From assembly GCA_030704615.1 (NCBI GenBank), contig CM060734.1:18848001-18912000 (forward strand): a stretch of DNA of 64,000 bases, read 5' to 3'. Below are positions 20,771-33,669 of the stretch, in pieces. The translations under genes and the position numbers were made by a program. The first letter of the stretch is position 1, and each line of letters opens with the position of its first letter. The notes under the pieces are model-generated. The model made no database searches. It was not told the DNA's origin and saw only the letters and a program-made list of their open reading frames with translations. This DNA comes from Takakia lepidozioides (lineage: Eukaryota > Plantae > Bryophyta).

Positions 20771-23700
20771 TGTGGTCTTGAAAGGTCTTTGGAGCAGTTC
20801 TCAGAGCCATTTCATTCCATGTTTTTTTCATTCTGTGCTACTTGCATCTTTCTCACTTCGCGCTTTGGTGGGTTGGGATTTATCTCCTGTTTAACATATA
20901 CACGAAATATGTGCTTATGGAAGGAAATCACCTGAGCGGTATTCCAGACTATCTTGACATGTGGTCGGACCCTGCAAACGATCCAACCATGTATACTGCA
21001 GGGATATTGAAGGACTGGAGTCCTTCTCACTTCAGAGACTGTGGCTGGTACCTTGACTGCCCACCGGAGCACACGACCTTTCAAGAACATCATATGAAAT
21101 ATTTGAACAATAATGTTGAGATGCTGGCTCCTCTGACTGTCGAAGAGTACCAAAGAAACATAGCAACATTGGCTGCCAAGGAGCCTGATGCTCAGGGAAC
21201 GCCGCAGAAGGGAAAGAAGGCGGGCCGCAAACCAAAAGACAAGGCTCTTGATGCCATAGTCATCTCACCAGCAAAGCCAAAGGACAAAGACAAGTCCAAA
21301 GAGAAGGAAAATGACAAGGGGAAGGAGAAAGAAAAGGAGATGGAGAGTGGGCAGGACTTCACTGCTGGAAGATATACCCGCACAGTTCAGTGCGTGTTCG
21401 ATGCCAAGCCACACCCTTCCCGTTCTGATTCGGCAGGAGAGATTACAATTGTCAATGAGGGTTGGCTGTCGATGATGCAGAGTCGAAAGAGATGATACAC
21501 TGGGGTGCCTTCGCCTACCTGGGACAACATAATCTCATTCCTCAATCTGGTGAGAATTCCAGTTTCTTTCCTTTTTCTCTGAAAGTTTCATTGGCAGTAT
21601 TTCAGTCTGGTTCTTTGAAAACATTCTTTCCATCGTTCTTAAAAAAAACATGTCTGTTGCAGGTGAACACAGGTCCCACCTTCGTGTGCGGTGTGCAGAA
21701 AACATAAGCGGCTGACATTGTCATTCTCGACATCCCGGATGGCCAGGCTGTGCCAGAAGTTCTTCCAAAGGGCAAGACGCCAGGCTGGAACAAATTCGAG
21801 GACAACTATTGGAGTTGGGTGTTCGGGTTCTGTAATAATTTCCTCTCTGATGCAGGGACACTTCTGCTTTTTCAGTCATGTGACAAGATAGTCGTCGGGC
21901 ATTGGCATCATACCTGAAGTCTTCAGGGTTTGAAGTTTTGCGCACATGGAATTGTGTGAACAGCCTCTACCTTGTGAAAGGGGGTTCCCTGGTCAGCTGG
22001 TATGCCGTCTCCCTTCTGCTTGTGCTTTCATGATGATTTTGAATGTTCTCTGCAGCTCCACTCTAGAAGAATCTGTCATGATCGATACCGATCATCACCG
22101 ATTCGTGATAAAAATGATTGTTTTGTGCCTGAGTTCTGAATAGCCGATGTACACACTTCCACTATAGATTGTGTTTACCACACTAACCTGCTATCTTTGG
22201 CAGACGAGGATGTTCGAGGCGATCTGCCTGCGGAGGATTCGCACCTCAAAGACACCATCCTCCATCCGCAGCTTTGAGATTTCTGACCAGGGTTATTTCG
22301 TCAACCCCCCCTATGAGCTGCATGTCGATGACATTTTGTACAACTTCATGCAGTCCAGTCAGACTCTGAAGAGACCAGATGGCACTCCCTGGAGAGGTGC
22401 AAAGGAAAAATCCCCAGCGTTCATGCAAATATTGCTGGAGTCATGCAGCCACCACTCTGCACGGGTGGTCGATCTTTCTGTGTCCACATGTTCGTTCTCT
22501 CCCTTTTGAATTGATTTTCTTTCACCAGTTCCATCTGCTTAAATCCCCCCCACCGAACTGTTCATGTCCTCCTGTCTGGTGTAAGAACAACTTACCATGC
22601 ATGCAAGGCAGGCGGAAGAAGCCTTTTTGGCATGGAGGGTGATTCTGACCTCTACAACACAGTGCTCCTCCCCCTTTTGTCTGGCTCCACTTCAGGCACA
22701 CAGACTGATCGGATTCAAATTTGAAATGATGACGATCCCGAAGATAAGCAGGTCGACAACGACTTTTCATGTGAGTAAGTGCTAAACCTACTTTGGGAGT
22801 CATACTCAATTTCTCAATAACATCAAAGTTACAGTAATAACTTTTTCAGGCTGTCTTTCAGGAAAGGCAGCGGTGGATCTTCAGGAGATACAGTCATTTG
22901 TGGCGAGTCTGTTTTCGACAGCCCCCTTTCCAATTTTCTGCTTCCTGATTATGCCGAAGCAATGGCACTTCACGCGGCCGAGTCCCTATCCCCTGAATTT
23001 TTACTGCCCGGCCGTAGGCTTAGCCAGCGTAGATCCGGAGTTCTTAAATACTTAGACTTAGATGCAGAGGAAGCGGGGATACATTGTACTGACTCTGAGT
23101 CAGACTGAACTATGTTCTTTTAATATTCTGTTTCATCCTCTTTAGAAAACGTTGAATCCCCTTCCTCCACCGTAGTTGTTCCTTTGGAAAGAAAAATAAT
23201 CAAAGAATCAACTACCATTTAAATTGCAATATGTATGAATCCATCTCACAAACCTCCCTCATTCTTGTCATATCCATTGTGCTTTCATCTACAGTGTATT
23301 CATGCATGCTCCATTCATGAATGTTTTCCTTTGTTCAACATCCATTGTACTCTTTAATCCACCCCACAAACCTTCCACACTCATGTTATATACGTTGTGC
23401 ATTCGTCTAAAGTTTTAGTCATGCATCTTCCTGTCATGAATGTTTTTCATTGCTCAACATCCATTATACATTCATCCATTTGACTCTTATCCATCCCTCA
23501 TTCATCCATCTACATTCATTTTTCACACTCATCCATCTGTTTATCATCCAACTGTACATTCATCCATCCTTTATTCATCTGTTGCTTTCAGGTGGGAATG
23601 ACCACTGCCTTTTATTATGTCGTCCAGCTTGTTTCCGCTGTAAAGGGTGCCAATCCGCGGGAATACACTCCACTTCTTCCTGGGCGTGTGGTGACGCGGT

Positions 23701-23817
23701 CTTCAAGTGTGATGACATGGAGTGAGCCCCGTGATGTGGCATTGGCGCAAGGTGATGTGGCGTGAGCGCAGTTGTGCTCACGCGCTCACGTGACCAAGCT
23801 CACGCCGAGGCATCCCC

Positions 23818-26800
23818 CTCCCCTCAGTAAGCAGGTCTTGGTATATGCAGAAGAGCACGGACCTACCCCTGGGGGGTTTCCCCTCATAAACATACGCACA
23901 TCTCACTTTCCAAAGGTTCCACAAAGTTAGAGCCCTAAGGCTGGCCCATACAGGGGAAGCAGAATGCATGTGAGCAGGCAGGAAATTCAGCATGAGCAGA
24001 GAGTGTGGGGGGGGGGGGGGGGGGGGATGGGAAAGACTCCCAATTGGCGTAAAAATTCAGATCAGCTCGCCAAACTCTGGCAGGGAAGGGGCAGTCTACC
24101 AGACAATGCTCTATGGACTCTGGCTGGGTCATGCACAAACAACAGTTAGCATTGTTGTTGAGAGCCCTAGCATTTACTGGAAGAATTCTATGAGCCAGTT
24201 TCCACAAAAATGCAGAGATTTTAGCAGCCCTTTGTTTCTTCCATATATCCTTCCATATCGAATCCCCAATCACCATGCGTCAAATTCAGATGCCTCCATT
24301 TTTCACTCCATCTAGAAAAGAAGGATGTAGTTGGCCTCAAGAGGGAATAACCTAACTTGACCTTGTAAGCAAAGAAAGGGGAGTGGTTGTCGTCAGCCTA
24401 GCTCCACTCCCCTGGGTCAAAGTAAAGAGAAGCCAGGGAGTTCAGGAACCAGGTGAGGTCCGAATGCAAGGCCCATTGCATTTCCTGTCCTGCCGGGGGG
24501 GGTTGGGTTGGGGTTGCCCTTTCCATCCAACACTCTAATGGGATACAGGTGTTGCTTATGGATATCCAGCGAGCCCGTGATTCTCAAGCTTCCTTCACAA
24601 TCTGCCAAGAACGCGATTCCCGAGGCAATGTGGTCCTGCAGGGAGAGCACAAGCAGGGCTGTATTACCATTGCCGTTTGATGAAGCCATCCAGGCTGGCA
24701 GAGACCCCAAGTCTTCTCCAGATCTGAGCAAAGGGGACATGTAGTCCGGAAATGCCTGCAGCAAGGATGGCCAGGCTCTGGCACGTCTGGTACCCACCAA
24801 TTGTGCCGTTGTAGCTGCGGGCAAAAACTCATTGTGCTCCCAAGCAGCCCCCACTTGCGTGAAACCAGCAGATTCCCAGAAGCCCCACTTGGGTAGTGAC
24901 AACATCTCTGAGTTCATGATGGAATTCCAAAACAGGGGCTGTCTGAATGTTTCTGCGAAGCTTACCGGAGGTCTTTGGATCAGCTTGCCTTTTATGGACT
25001 GCCAAGCTGCCCAGATTGATTGCCAAGGACAGGATCCGAGCTGCACATTAGCATTTTTCCCTTGCACAATCCAACGCAAAGAGTGAGCCCAAAGGGGGGA
25101 AAAAGAGGGTATTGCCCCCATTAAATATGGCTGGATTAGCTTACTCCAGGGGCTATGTCGGTGATTGAGCTCTAGGAATCCACTTGGCCAGTAGGGCCTT
25201 TATTTGCGTCGCTGGGTCCAAAAGGCCCAGCCCTCCTTTTTTTTTCGGTTGACGGAGCTGCTCCCAGAAAATCAGAGCCCTTCTAACTTGGGAGTGCGAG
25301 GATGCACCCCATATGAAATTTCGTATGAGTGCTCTAATCTCCTTTACCATGATTTTTCCTGGATCCCATATAGCTGCAGAGAACCAGCAAGATGCGAGAA
25401 GCACCTGGTTTGCCACCAGTGCTCTTCCAGCAACGGATAGCATGGAGGAGCACCAATGTGCCAAAGATCTTTTCAGCCCAGAGATCACTTTTTGCATTCT
25501 ACTTTGTTGGGACAAGTCAAGTCCAATCTGGTGGCCCAACAGAGTGTGTGACTCCCCAGCCCCTAGCCATTGCAGCCCAATATCTTGCCCCCATGGATTA
25601 CAGTGAGTCGCAGCCTGACTATTCAAAAACTGAGAGGAGACCCATGGACTTCCTCCAGTTGATTCTCAAGCCTGAGCCTAGGCAAAAAACTTGCAAGGCT
25701 TGAAGAGCACGGTCGATGTTGTCACGGGTCGAATTGTCCAGCAGCAGGGATGTATCATCGGCATACATTGGGAGCTTAACCATTTCTGGCACATGGGTAG
25801 GTAAATGAAGGCCCACAATGTCATGTGTAGCCTCAAACAAATGTCCAAGTGAATCTGCAGCAATTAAGAATAGGAATGGTGCCAAGGGACATCCTTGCCT
25901 CACCGACCTAGAAATAGGAAAAGATTGGGATATCACTCCATTCACCATCACCCTACTAGAGATAGACTGCAATAGTATTCGAACCCAAGACATAAAGTGG
26001 CCTTCCAGACCCGATTTTTCTAAAGTAGCCAAGAGAAAAGTCCAGTCAATAGAATCAAAAGCTTTTTCAAAGTCAAGCATCGGGAAAACAAGTGGCTGGT
26101 TGTTCAAGGTGGCTCTGTGCAATGCCTCATGGGCCAAAAGAATGTTGTCCAATATCATATGGTCTTTGAGGAATCCAGTTTGCTCCTTTCTGATAATTTT
26201 CGGGAGCAAAGGTTGAATCCTCAAAGCTAAAGCCTTGGCAATGATTTTGTAAGAAAAATTGAGTAAGGTTATGGGGCGGTAGTTAGCCACTTGTCCCTTT
26301 CTCCTTTCTTGTAAATCACTGTGACAAGGCCCTCTGAAATCTGCGAGGGCATCGCTTGTTTGAGGAGGATGTCATTGGCCATGGCAAGAAAGTCATCCCC
26401 TATGGTTTGCCACAAAGCTTTAAACAATTCAGCAGGCAGCCCATCTAGACCTGGACTTTTGAAGGATGCCAAGGCGTCCGCTGCCTTTCCAAGCTCTTCC
26501 ATGGTGAAAGGTTCTGCCATCCTTATCTTGTCAGCAGCAGAGAGAGAGCATGGAATGTTTATGAGGAGAGCATTTCTTGCCTCTTCCACCAAGGGAGTAT
26601 GGTCTCTCTTTTGGAAGAGCTTCTGAAAAAGTCAGCAGCAATGCTGGACATCTTTTTCGGGACAGCAGTTGAAGTACCCGATGCATCACGCAGGGAGGGG
26701 ATCAGAATAGAAGCACGGCGTTGGGCTGCTTTAGCAAAAAAGTATTTTGTCATTTTTTCTCCCTTTAGTGACCAGTTGACGCCAGCCTTTATCCTAATGA

Positions 26801-29800
26801 ACTGCTCCCTTGAGTTTAACAACAGAGAGAGGTTTCTCTTTGCAGTTCTGTAAGAGATGAGGGTTTGGGGGTCATCCCTTCCCTCTTGCAGTTGAGATTG
26901 GCAAACAAGAAGACATTTAGTCAGGGCTTTCTCTCTTTTGGCAGATTCCTCAGCTTTCTTCCGGGACAGTTCCTAGCAAGTGCCTCTCAAAATCCAAAGC
27001 TTAGAGAGAAAAAAGAGGGTAGGGGAGGAGAAGGGGAGGTCAACAGAGGACCAAACCCTTTGGAGCGAGAGAATAACCTCTGGGTCTTTAAGTGTGGGGT
27101 TTAGTTTGAAAAAACCCCTAGCCTTGACTCTGGACCCAGGGGTGTGGAGATCTAGCTGGATATTAGAGTGGTCAAACCCTGGAGGAATTGGATAAATAGC
27201 TTTTCTCACAAACCAATTCAACAGATGAGCAGAGCAGTAAAACCTATCAAGCCGAGCAAGAGAGAGGTTGGGAGGCTCTCTATTTGAATCTTAGCTCACC
27301 TTATGCCGAGTGGGAAGCATCCAATAGACCGACTGCTAGACAGAGAGAGTCCCAGGCGTCTCTTTCGGCGGTAGATAGGCCATGGACATTAGAGCCAGAT
27401 CTGTCAGTGTCTAATTCAACCATATTGAAGTCACCTCCTACAATCCAGTGCTGGATATCCATATGTTGCAGCATCTTTAACCTTACAAGAGACCACAAGT
27501 CAATGCGCTCTTCTTCAGCGTTGGGAGCATACACATTTACCATGCCAACCTTCCCTACGGACTGACCCATATTCATGATGATAAGCTGAACACGACCCTG
27601 ACCCATATCTTAGCAAGAATACTAGGGCCCAACGAAGGAGAACCCAAGATCGTTGTCCCCCCTCTTGAGTCCACTACGCTGGGGTTCCAGAAAGCAGAGT
27701 TAACAAGCCACAAAGATGCACCCAGGGAAGCAATTTTAGCTGGGTCCAGCTTGTGTTCTTGCAAAAAAATTACAGAGGATCGATTGATAAGATTAGAGGC
27801 CCATAGTCTGATTCTCGCCCTTTTTGGAGCTGAGTGATCAGATCCAATGCCTCTTATGTTCCAGCTGGTTAGGGAGCAATTCATGGTACGTGTGGTAGCA
27901 GGCCCGCGGTGATCCCACGATTTGATGGCCAGGCAGGAAGGAACCTGAATTTGGTTCTTTTATCAAGGGGCTGAAGCATGTAGATCCACTTAAAGCCAAC
28001 AGGGGGGGGATAAGCGGGATGTTCCACAAATACACTTGCCTAGACCTCTTCCTTTTGTTAACGCAATGTAATTCCATGAATTGGTTCCTGGTATCTTTGA
28101 ACATTGACAGATCTGCCAAGGTAAGATTCTTGGATAGAATTGAAGAGAGAAGGCCAACAGAGGTATCAGAAAGAAGAGAAAAAGAGACATCGTTCCATCC
28201 TGGCAGACCTTGTTTTCCATGGGTTGGTATTCCATGACCAGCATCCAGCCTCTTTTTAGATTGGTATTGTCTGGAACAAAGAAAAGAAGAGGAGTGTAAG
28301 CATGAGAAAGAGGAGCGTAAGCATGAGAAAACATGCTTACCGCAGGTGGCGAGTTTACAGTCTCCTCCGGCTGCATCGCCTCGGTGATGTTCTTGTGTGC
28401 CCCATTGGAGGAGAGCACCATGTCTGTGTTATTGTATATCACCAACTCCTTGTTGTTGATGGGCTCCATTCTCCTGCCTTCCTGCACTGCCTGCGTTGCC
28501 AAGCCTTAGAGCTTCTGCAAACTTGCCAGTTCTGCTACCATTCGAATACCTTCTTCCATGAATAGGGAGTTGCGTGCCCAGGCATTAGGGTCATTGACCC
28601 TACAAGACAAGCCAAATTTGTCCACCCATACCCCATTGATAGGCTTGTCCGAGGCCTGCCCCAAGTCGGTAGCATGGAAGATTGGGAGCACATGTATAAC
28701 CGCCAAATTGACAAGGGCATCGTTGTTCTCTACCATGATACCTATGTCATGAATGTGAGATAGAGATAGAGATATATGGGGGAAGAACTCCCTGAGGATC
28801 TGGCTGGTTAGGAAGAGAGTGATATCCTTCACACTTCCGACCCCCAAATCCTTGGCCAGGGGCTTAGAAACCCATGCAGAGCGGAAACCCTCCCCGTCCT
28901 CTGGCAAGCAAAAATTTGTGTAATCGTCAGAAAGGGTGTAAACCAAAGGAGTTTCACAATAGCTGCCCTATCTCGCGCATATGCTGATCCGGGGGCCCAT
29001 CCATTGAGAGGCTTTATGGTGAAAGTGTGCAGTTCCAGGAAAGCAATTGCTAGACTTGTGCTATCCAAAAATTGCAGCTCCTCCTCAGAGAAAGGAAAAA
29101 ATGCCCAAGCGTCCTTCACTCTGATAGGATGTAGATCATACGGGCGGTTTGGGTGTATCCATGACCCGGACTTCTCTCCTTTTCTCTTCCTTTTTTTAGA
29201 AGTCTGACCCTGATGAGGGACCTCAACGTCTACTTCCATGGTGACTGGAGCGTGAGTGGCCTGAGCAGCAGTCTTGTATGAGGAGCAAGCTACTTCTGTC
29301 TGTGGAAAGGGGTGCTTGGCGTCGTCGGAGGCGTTTTGTCTGTTGATTTTGGGACAGTTGGATTGCACATGACCTTCACCGTTGCAACCAAAGCAAATCG
29401 TGGAGATGAGCTCCTCGCGGATAGCTACCACGATGTATGAATCATCTAGCGTTGGCAACTTGATGGACGAGCCTATTGGCTTAGTTTCTGGCATCAGAAC
29501 AACCAACTTTGGCACGCCATTGTCTCTGGTGAAGTCAATGCAAGCAGCTTCTGTATCCACGCTTTTGATGGTATCTTGAATAGGCTCGAACACGTTCAAA
29601 GAGCCGATGAAAGTGCCGAAGTTGGCCCCTATTTCAGGGAGAGAAGAGAGATATATGGCAGGCAGGAAAGGGATTGCAATAACCCTCGGTTTCCAGAGCA
29701 CTCCTTGTTTGTGACCCCAGTCATGGGTCCAAGGGAAAATGAAAACCTTTGCTGCTGACATTTGTGTGTTGAACTTGAGAGCCGATTATGCTTCGGCTGA

Positions 29801-30300
29801 GTTGCAGAATAGAACCAAGTAGAAACCTCTGCCCATGGAAAGGCAGAAGTGCTGGTCGAGTCCTCCCTCCGCTCCAATGTGTTTCACGATCCACGTGCGG
29901 ATCCACTTCCTAGCTCTAAGCTTCCCAGGGAAGTAGAGGAGAATTCCTCTCTGAGTGAGTTTTTCCGCTTGCACCTTAAGCTTTTCCTTGTCAAGTGCTA
30001 ACACTGGCTGCTCATTGGTATCTTGTGGAATGGAGTCCTCCCATACCCCCTCATCTTCCGTGGAAGAGTGGTCAATGATCGGTGGAGTTGGGCCTTTGCC
30101 CAAGATTGAATCGCCCGTGCCATTGGAGGTAGAGTAGTTCTTAGTGATCCTGCCGCTTTCCTGGACTTGGCAAGCGCTTTCGCCTCCTTTGGACCCAGCG
30201 GAGGCAGCGGAGCCCGAAGGAATCATGTCAAAGCCGCGTTTGCAGTCAAGAAATTAAAGCTGAGCAGAGGCGAGCTCACTTCAGGTCAAGAGTTTAGGGG
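23818..30300 (-). mobile_element. L1-clade LINE retrotransposon, degenerate; 3' end continues at 1-40 and beyond the window start
   Basis: ORF1 pieces 29786-30226 and 28829-29761 (CFGCNGEGHVQSNC knuckle). ORF2 from 27884: SWNIRG, FLQEH, NVYAPN, GGDFN (APE endonuclease); KSPGLDG, NYRPITLLN, LDFEKAFDSI, RQGCPLAP, YADD (RT); CCLC...ESIEHCLVDC (zf-RVT). 5' boundary approximate. Confidence 0.88.
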
Positions 30301-33300
30301 GTGATGATCACTTCTCTTCATCACCCAACCGCAATACAGGCAGGCGCGTTATGGAGGGCATTCCGGAGTACACCGCGCAGGCATTGCAACCTTGAACACA
30401 GCCAACAAAGAGACAAGTTTCTTGTAGACTTTTAGCTGGAGATAGCAAGGGACTTAATGAAATTACAGAGCAGTCAGAGGAGGCAGGTTTAGCATGGAGA
30501 ATGGGCTGTCAATGTTGCTTGCACGGGGAATCGCGCCGCAGCTTAGTGAAGACGGCCCATAATTGGAGGATTGGGAAGAGCTCCCGGATGTTAGATGGAA
30601 GAGAAAGGTTGCCCGGAGTAGAGAGAGAAGTGGAGGAGCTGGGGGAATGAGAAGAGTTCCGTTAGTTCGTTAGTTAGATTAGGGAATGGGGCAAGGCCCT
30701 AGAGACGTCGACGATGGTACTGAGAGCTTGCCTGTAGCTTCAGTACACATCAAAGTATATGGGGAGATGCGAGGAGGCCGAACGGGGGAGAGCTTGAGAA
30801 AAACTAAGTCCCCCGGCTCTCTCACCGCAACCTGCGGAGCCATCCTCCTTATCTTTAGTTATCCTGACCTCTTAGGTTCCTTTTTAATTAATTTGAGTAA
30901 AAGGGCCTCCGTCCCCCCCTTTTTTTTTTAAATAAATAAAATAAAAAGTATCAACAAATGAGACCTTTTCTTTTGGGGAAAAAAGGGACTGAGCCCGAAT
31001 AATTAAGAGGAGTGGAAAAAATAACCACTCAAAGCCGTGCCATGAGACTAGAATCTTATTTTGTTCTTAATGACTCTGATAAATTTATTTTGTTTATATT
31101 TTATCTTTCTAATTTCTAATCTCCGCTGTGGTATGGTTTCATGGTGGCTGGCCTGGGGATTGAATCTCTTATGGACGGCGGTTAATTTTCCCCCTCCTCT
31201 ATAAAGGGCCTGAATTGTGAGCTGTCGCGCCTTTTAAGGGGAAAAAAAAGAGAGCAAAGAAATCTCTATCACTGACTGCGCTTCATCTACAGAACTAACA
31301 ATTTGGCAGTGCGTGGCATGGGAGATGCATGGAGCTGTTGATGTGGACGTACTTCGAAGTCAACGTGATGTCGTAAAGTGTGGTACATGCTTCCTTCCAA
31401 ACATTCAACTCTTCCTCCCATTTTGCCTTGTCATCAGCGCTCTGGTCGATGTGCTCCCTGCAGTTTCCGAGCTCACATTCGGCAAAGGTATCACACCTCC
31501 GCTGCCTGCATCCGTTGTCAATATCTGCATTGTCCTCCACTGCAAAGCCATTGCTGCATCCTCCTCTAATATGTCACCTTCCGCGCTCATGTGCGTCACC
31601 ATCCCGTCATCCACGTAATAAGTAGGCCCGCCTTCACACAAACTGCCACACAAAGTGTCTGTGCACGATCGATTGTAAGCGGCAGCGTCCCTTGTGCTTC
31701 GCAAGTGTGCTCGATAGACAAGTTGAACAAATCGGTAGAAACGGAGTTGCTGTGTTATCATTCCATATCTCTTACATTTTCGCTAATCCCGAGCTGATCC
31801 GCAACAGATGTAGAGTACATGTTTGGCTTTCCAGAATTGGGGTACTTACGACCCCTTCCATATGTAGCGTTTCTCCACGTACAGCTTGTTTTTAATACAT
31901 ATTGGGTTGTGTGCGACTAGGCCCACCAGAAATGACAGGGGAATGCGCGTACCAAAATGCGGCCTCAATCCCCAAACCTGCTTGGTGGTGTATATTCTAT
32001 ATAAACCCTCAGAGTCGCCCACGTGCCCACCATGTCCCAACCATATGGGATAGTGGACCCCAGAGGAAGGGCTGGACAAGCTGCTCACCTTCCAAAACCC
32101 CCTGTACTTACATTCCTGTGGACCCCCCTTCCATTCCATATATATAGATAGCCCATGGTCTTCTTAGGGATGCAAGCATAGCAATCATCGCTGCCATCAT
32201 TTTCTTGCCTTTATCTTCCCATTCGTAGCAGACTGTGAGAACCCAGAAGAGATATCAGATTGTCATTGTCATACTAACCTGGAGTAGCACATCCCAAAAG
32301 CCTGGATGCACCACCGGACTGAACACCGCTGAACCGGAGCACTCACATGTAGGTGTCCAACAAGGGTGATGACTACTATGCACAGAGCAACCACCGAGGT
32401 TGGTGCTCTGTATGCAGAGGGTACATGACTTCGTCAGTCTCACCTGTAGACCTAATGGATAGAAACATTCTAATCATTCTAAGAACATTTTACAGCACAT
32501 GCTAATCAAGGAGTTGTGGAAGGAAACAATGAATTATCAAAAACTGATGAAGTTCAAAATGATAATTCCATAAACATCTCTATTCAAAAGCATACTGCCA
32601 CTTCCAAAAGATTTTTTTTGCTGTGAATAGCACTACTCCAATAACTGTCCCGGCTTGTACTACAGGAGGTCAGACCACAGAACCCATTGCACTGTGATGA
32701 TAATTCCATGACTGTTCTAGCTGGCATTTCGGTCAAGAACCAGGTCTTACAAGCAACTGACTCAACAAAAATCCTCAACTGGTCTTCTCATTATGATTGG
32801 GCATCCATTGCGTATTTGGGAAGGATACAAAACTGACTCTTCGATTACATAATTGAAACAAAATTGCCGTTGTTGTTGTCTGCATGGCCTGGATACCTCT
32901 ACTGTGAGGGAAAGTTGAAATGGTCCTCTGTATTCTCCTTAAATGGAGGGTTTCCGTACAAGATGAAGTTGCAATTGTTGTTCTGCATGGACCATTCAAC
33001 GCTTCCCGAAGTTGCTTGATTTGATTTGAATGTCACCTTCCAGTATGGAGGTCTGGAAGTCACTGTCCTCCTCATCAACCGTACATTCCCCCCATGCCAC
33101 CCATGCCCGCAGGCATCTCGTGCTCTTCCTTGGAGAAGTCTGCCACCACTGCCTCGGTTGTTGTCATCAGTGATGACACACTGCATCCATGCACACCAAA
33201 TCACTAAAGATAATCGAAGCGAACACTTAATCAAGGCTTGTCCCACTTGATTCACATTACAGCTACCTTCAGCCGAAACTACCAACATCTCTGTTTACAG

Positions 33301-33669
33301 AAACTTAAAAGGTTTTTGGTCCTCCATAGTAATTTCCAAATGAACTGCCTGCAAGTCTGTTAGTACAAAACTGCTCTGAAGAAGGCCCCCAAGTAACAAG
33401 CACTTTTCATACCCTTTCACCACGCTTTTGGCAGCTTTCCAAATCATTCAAACCCACAACATCAGGTGGCTGGCTTATCCAGTGATTTGCTTCATAGCTG
33501 GTTTGGCCAACAACATTTGACATGTGATTTCCACACACGACCACTTAAAAAGGATGCCATGCCCGCATTCCTGGGTTATCTGTTGGACGCTTTCTTTCCA
33601 TTGGATGCTGTTGGACTGCTGTTCTATTGCACAACCATACACATAAGACAAAGTAAGGACAATCATAGA

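Larger units (their letters stand above)
4904..22770 (+). pseudogene. Spliced MULE accessory gene: ParB/Srx-like domain plus C-terminal beta-class amino (N4C/N6A) DNA methyltransferase-like domain, degenerate
   Basis: GT-AG exons at approximately 4904-5209, 6045-6674, 6769-6961, 7046-7483, 7569-7795, ~20800-21549, 21663-21999, 22204-22489 and ~22586-22770. Motifs FYVWDGNHRLLAW (ParB-like DGxHR), ADIVILDIPDG...FCNNFLSDAGTLLL, and GAKEKSPAFMQILLESCS...RVVDLSVST/TTYHACKAGGRSLFGMEGD. Frameshifts and stops present. Confidence 0.6.
41..23817. mobile_element. Mutator-like (MULE) DNA transposon, ~11.7 kb excluding the nested Gypsy; two divergent genes; inserted into the 3' end of LINE ORF2
   Basis: Exact 10-bp direct repeat CTCCCCTCAG at 31-40 and 23818-23827 (MULE-sized TSD). 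Removing 41-23827 restores the minus-strand LINE frame ...QDLLTEGR|KAWNILCAA. Both ends carry GGCGTGAGC/GCTCACGCC motifs (weak TIR). Contains a MULE/SWIM transposase. Confidence 0.8.
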
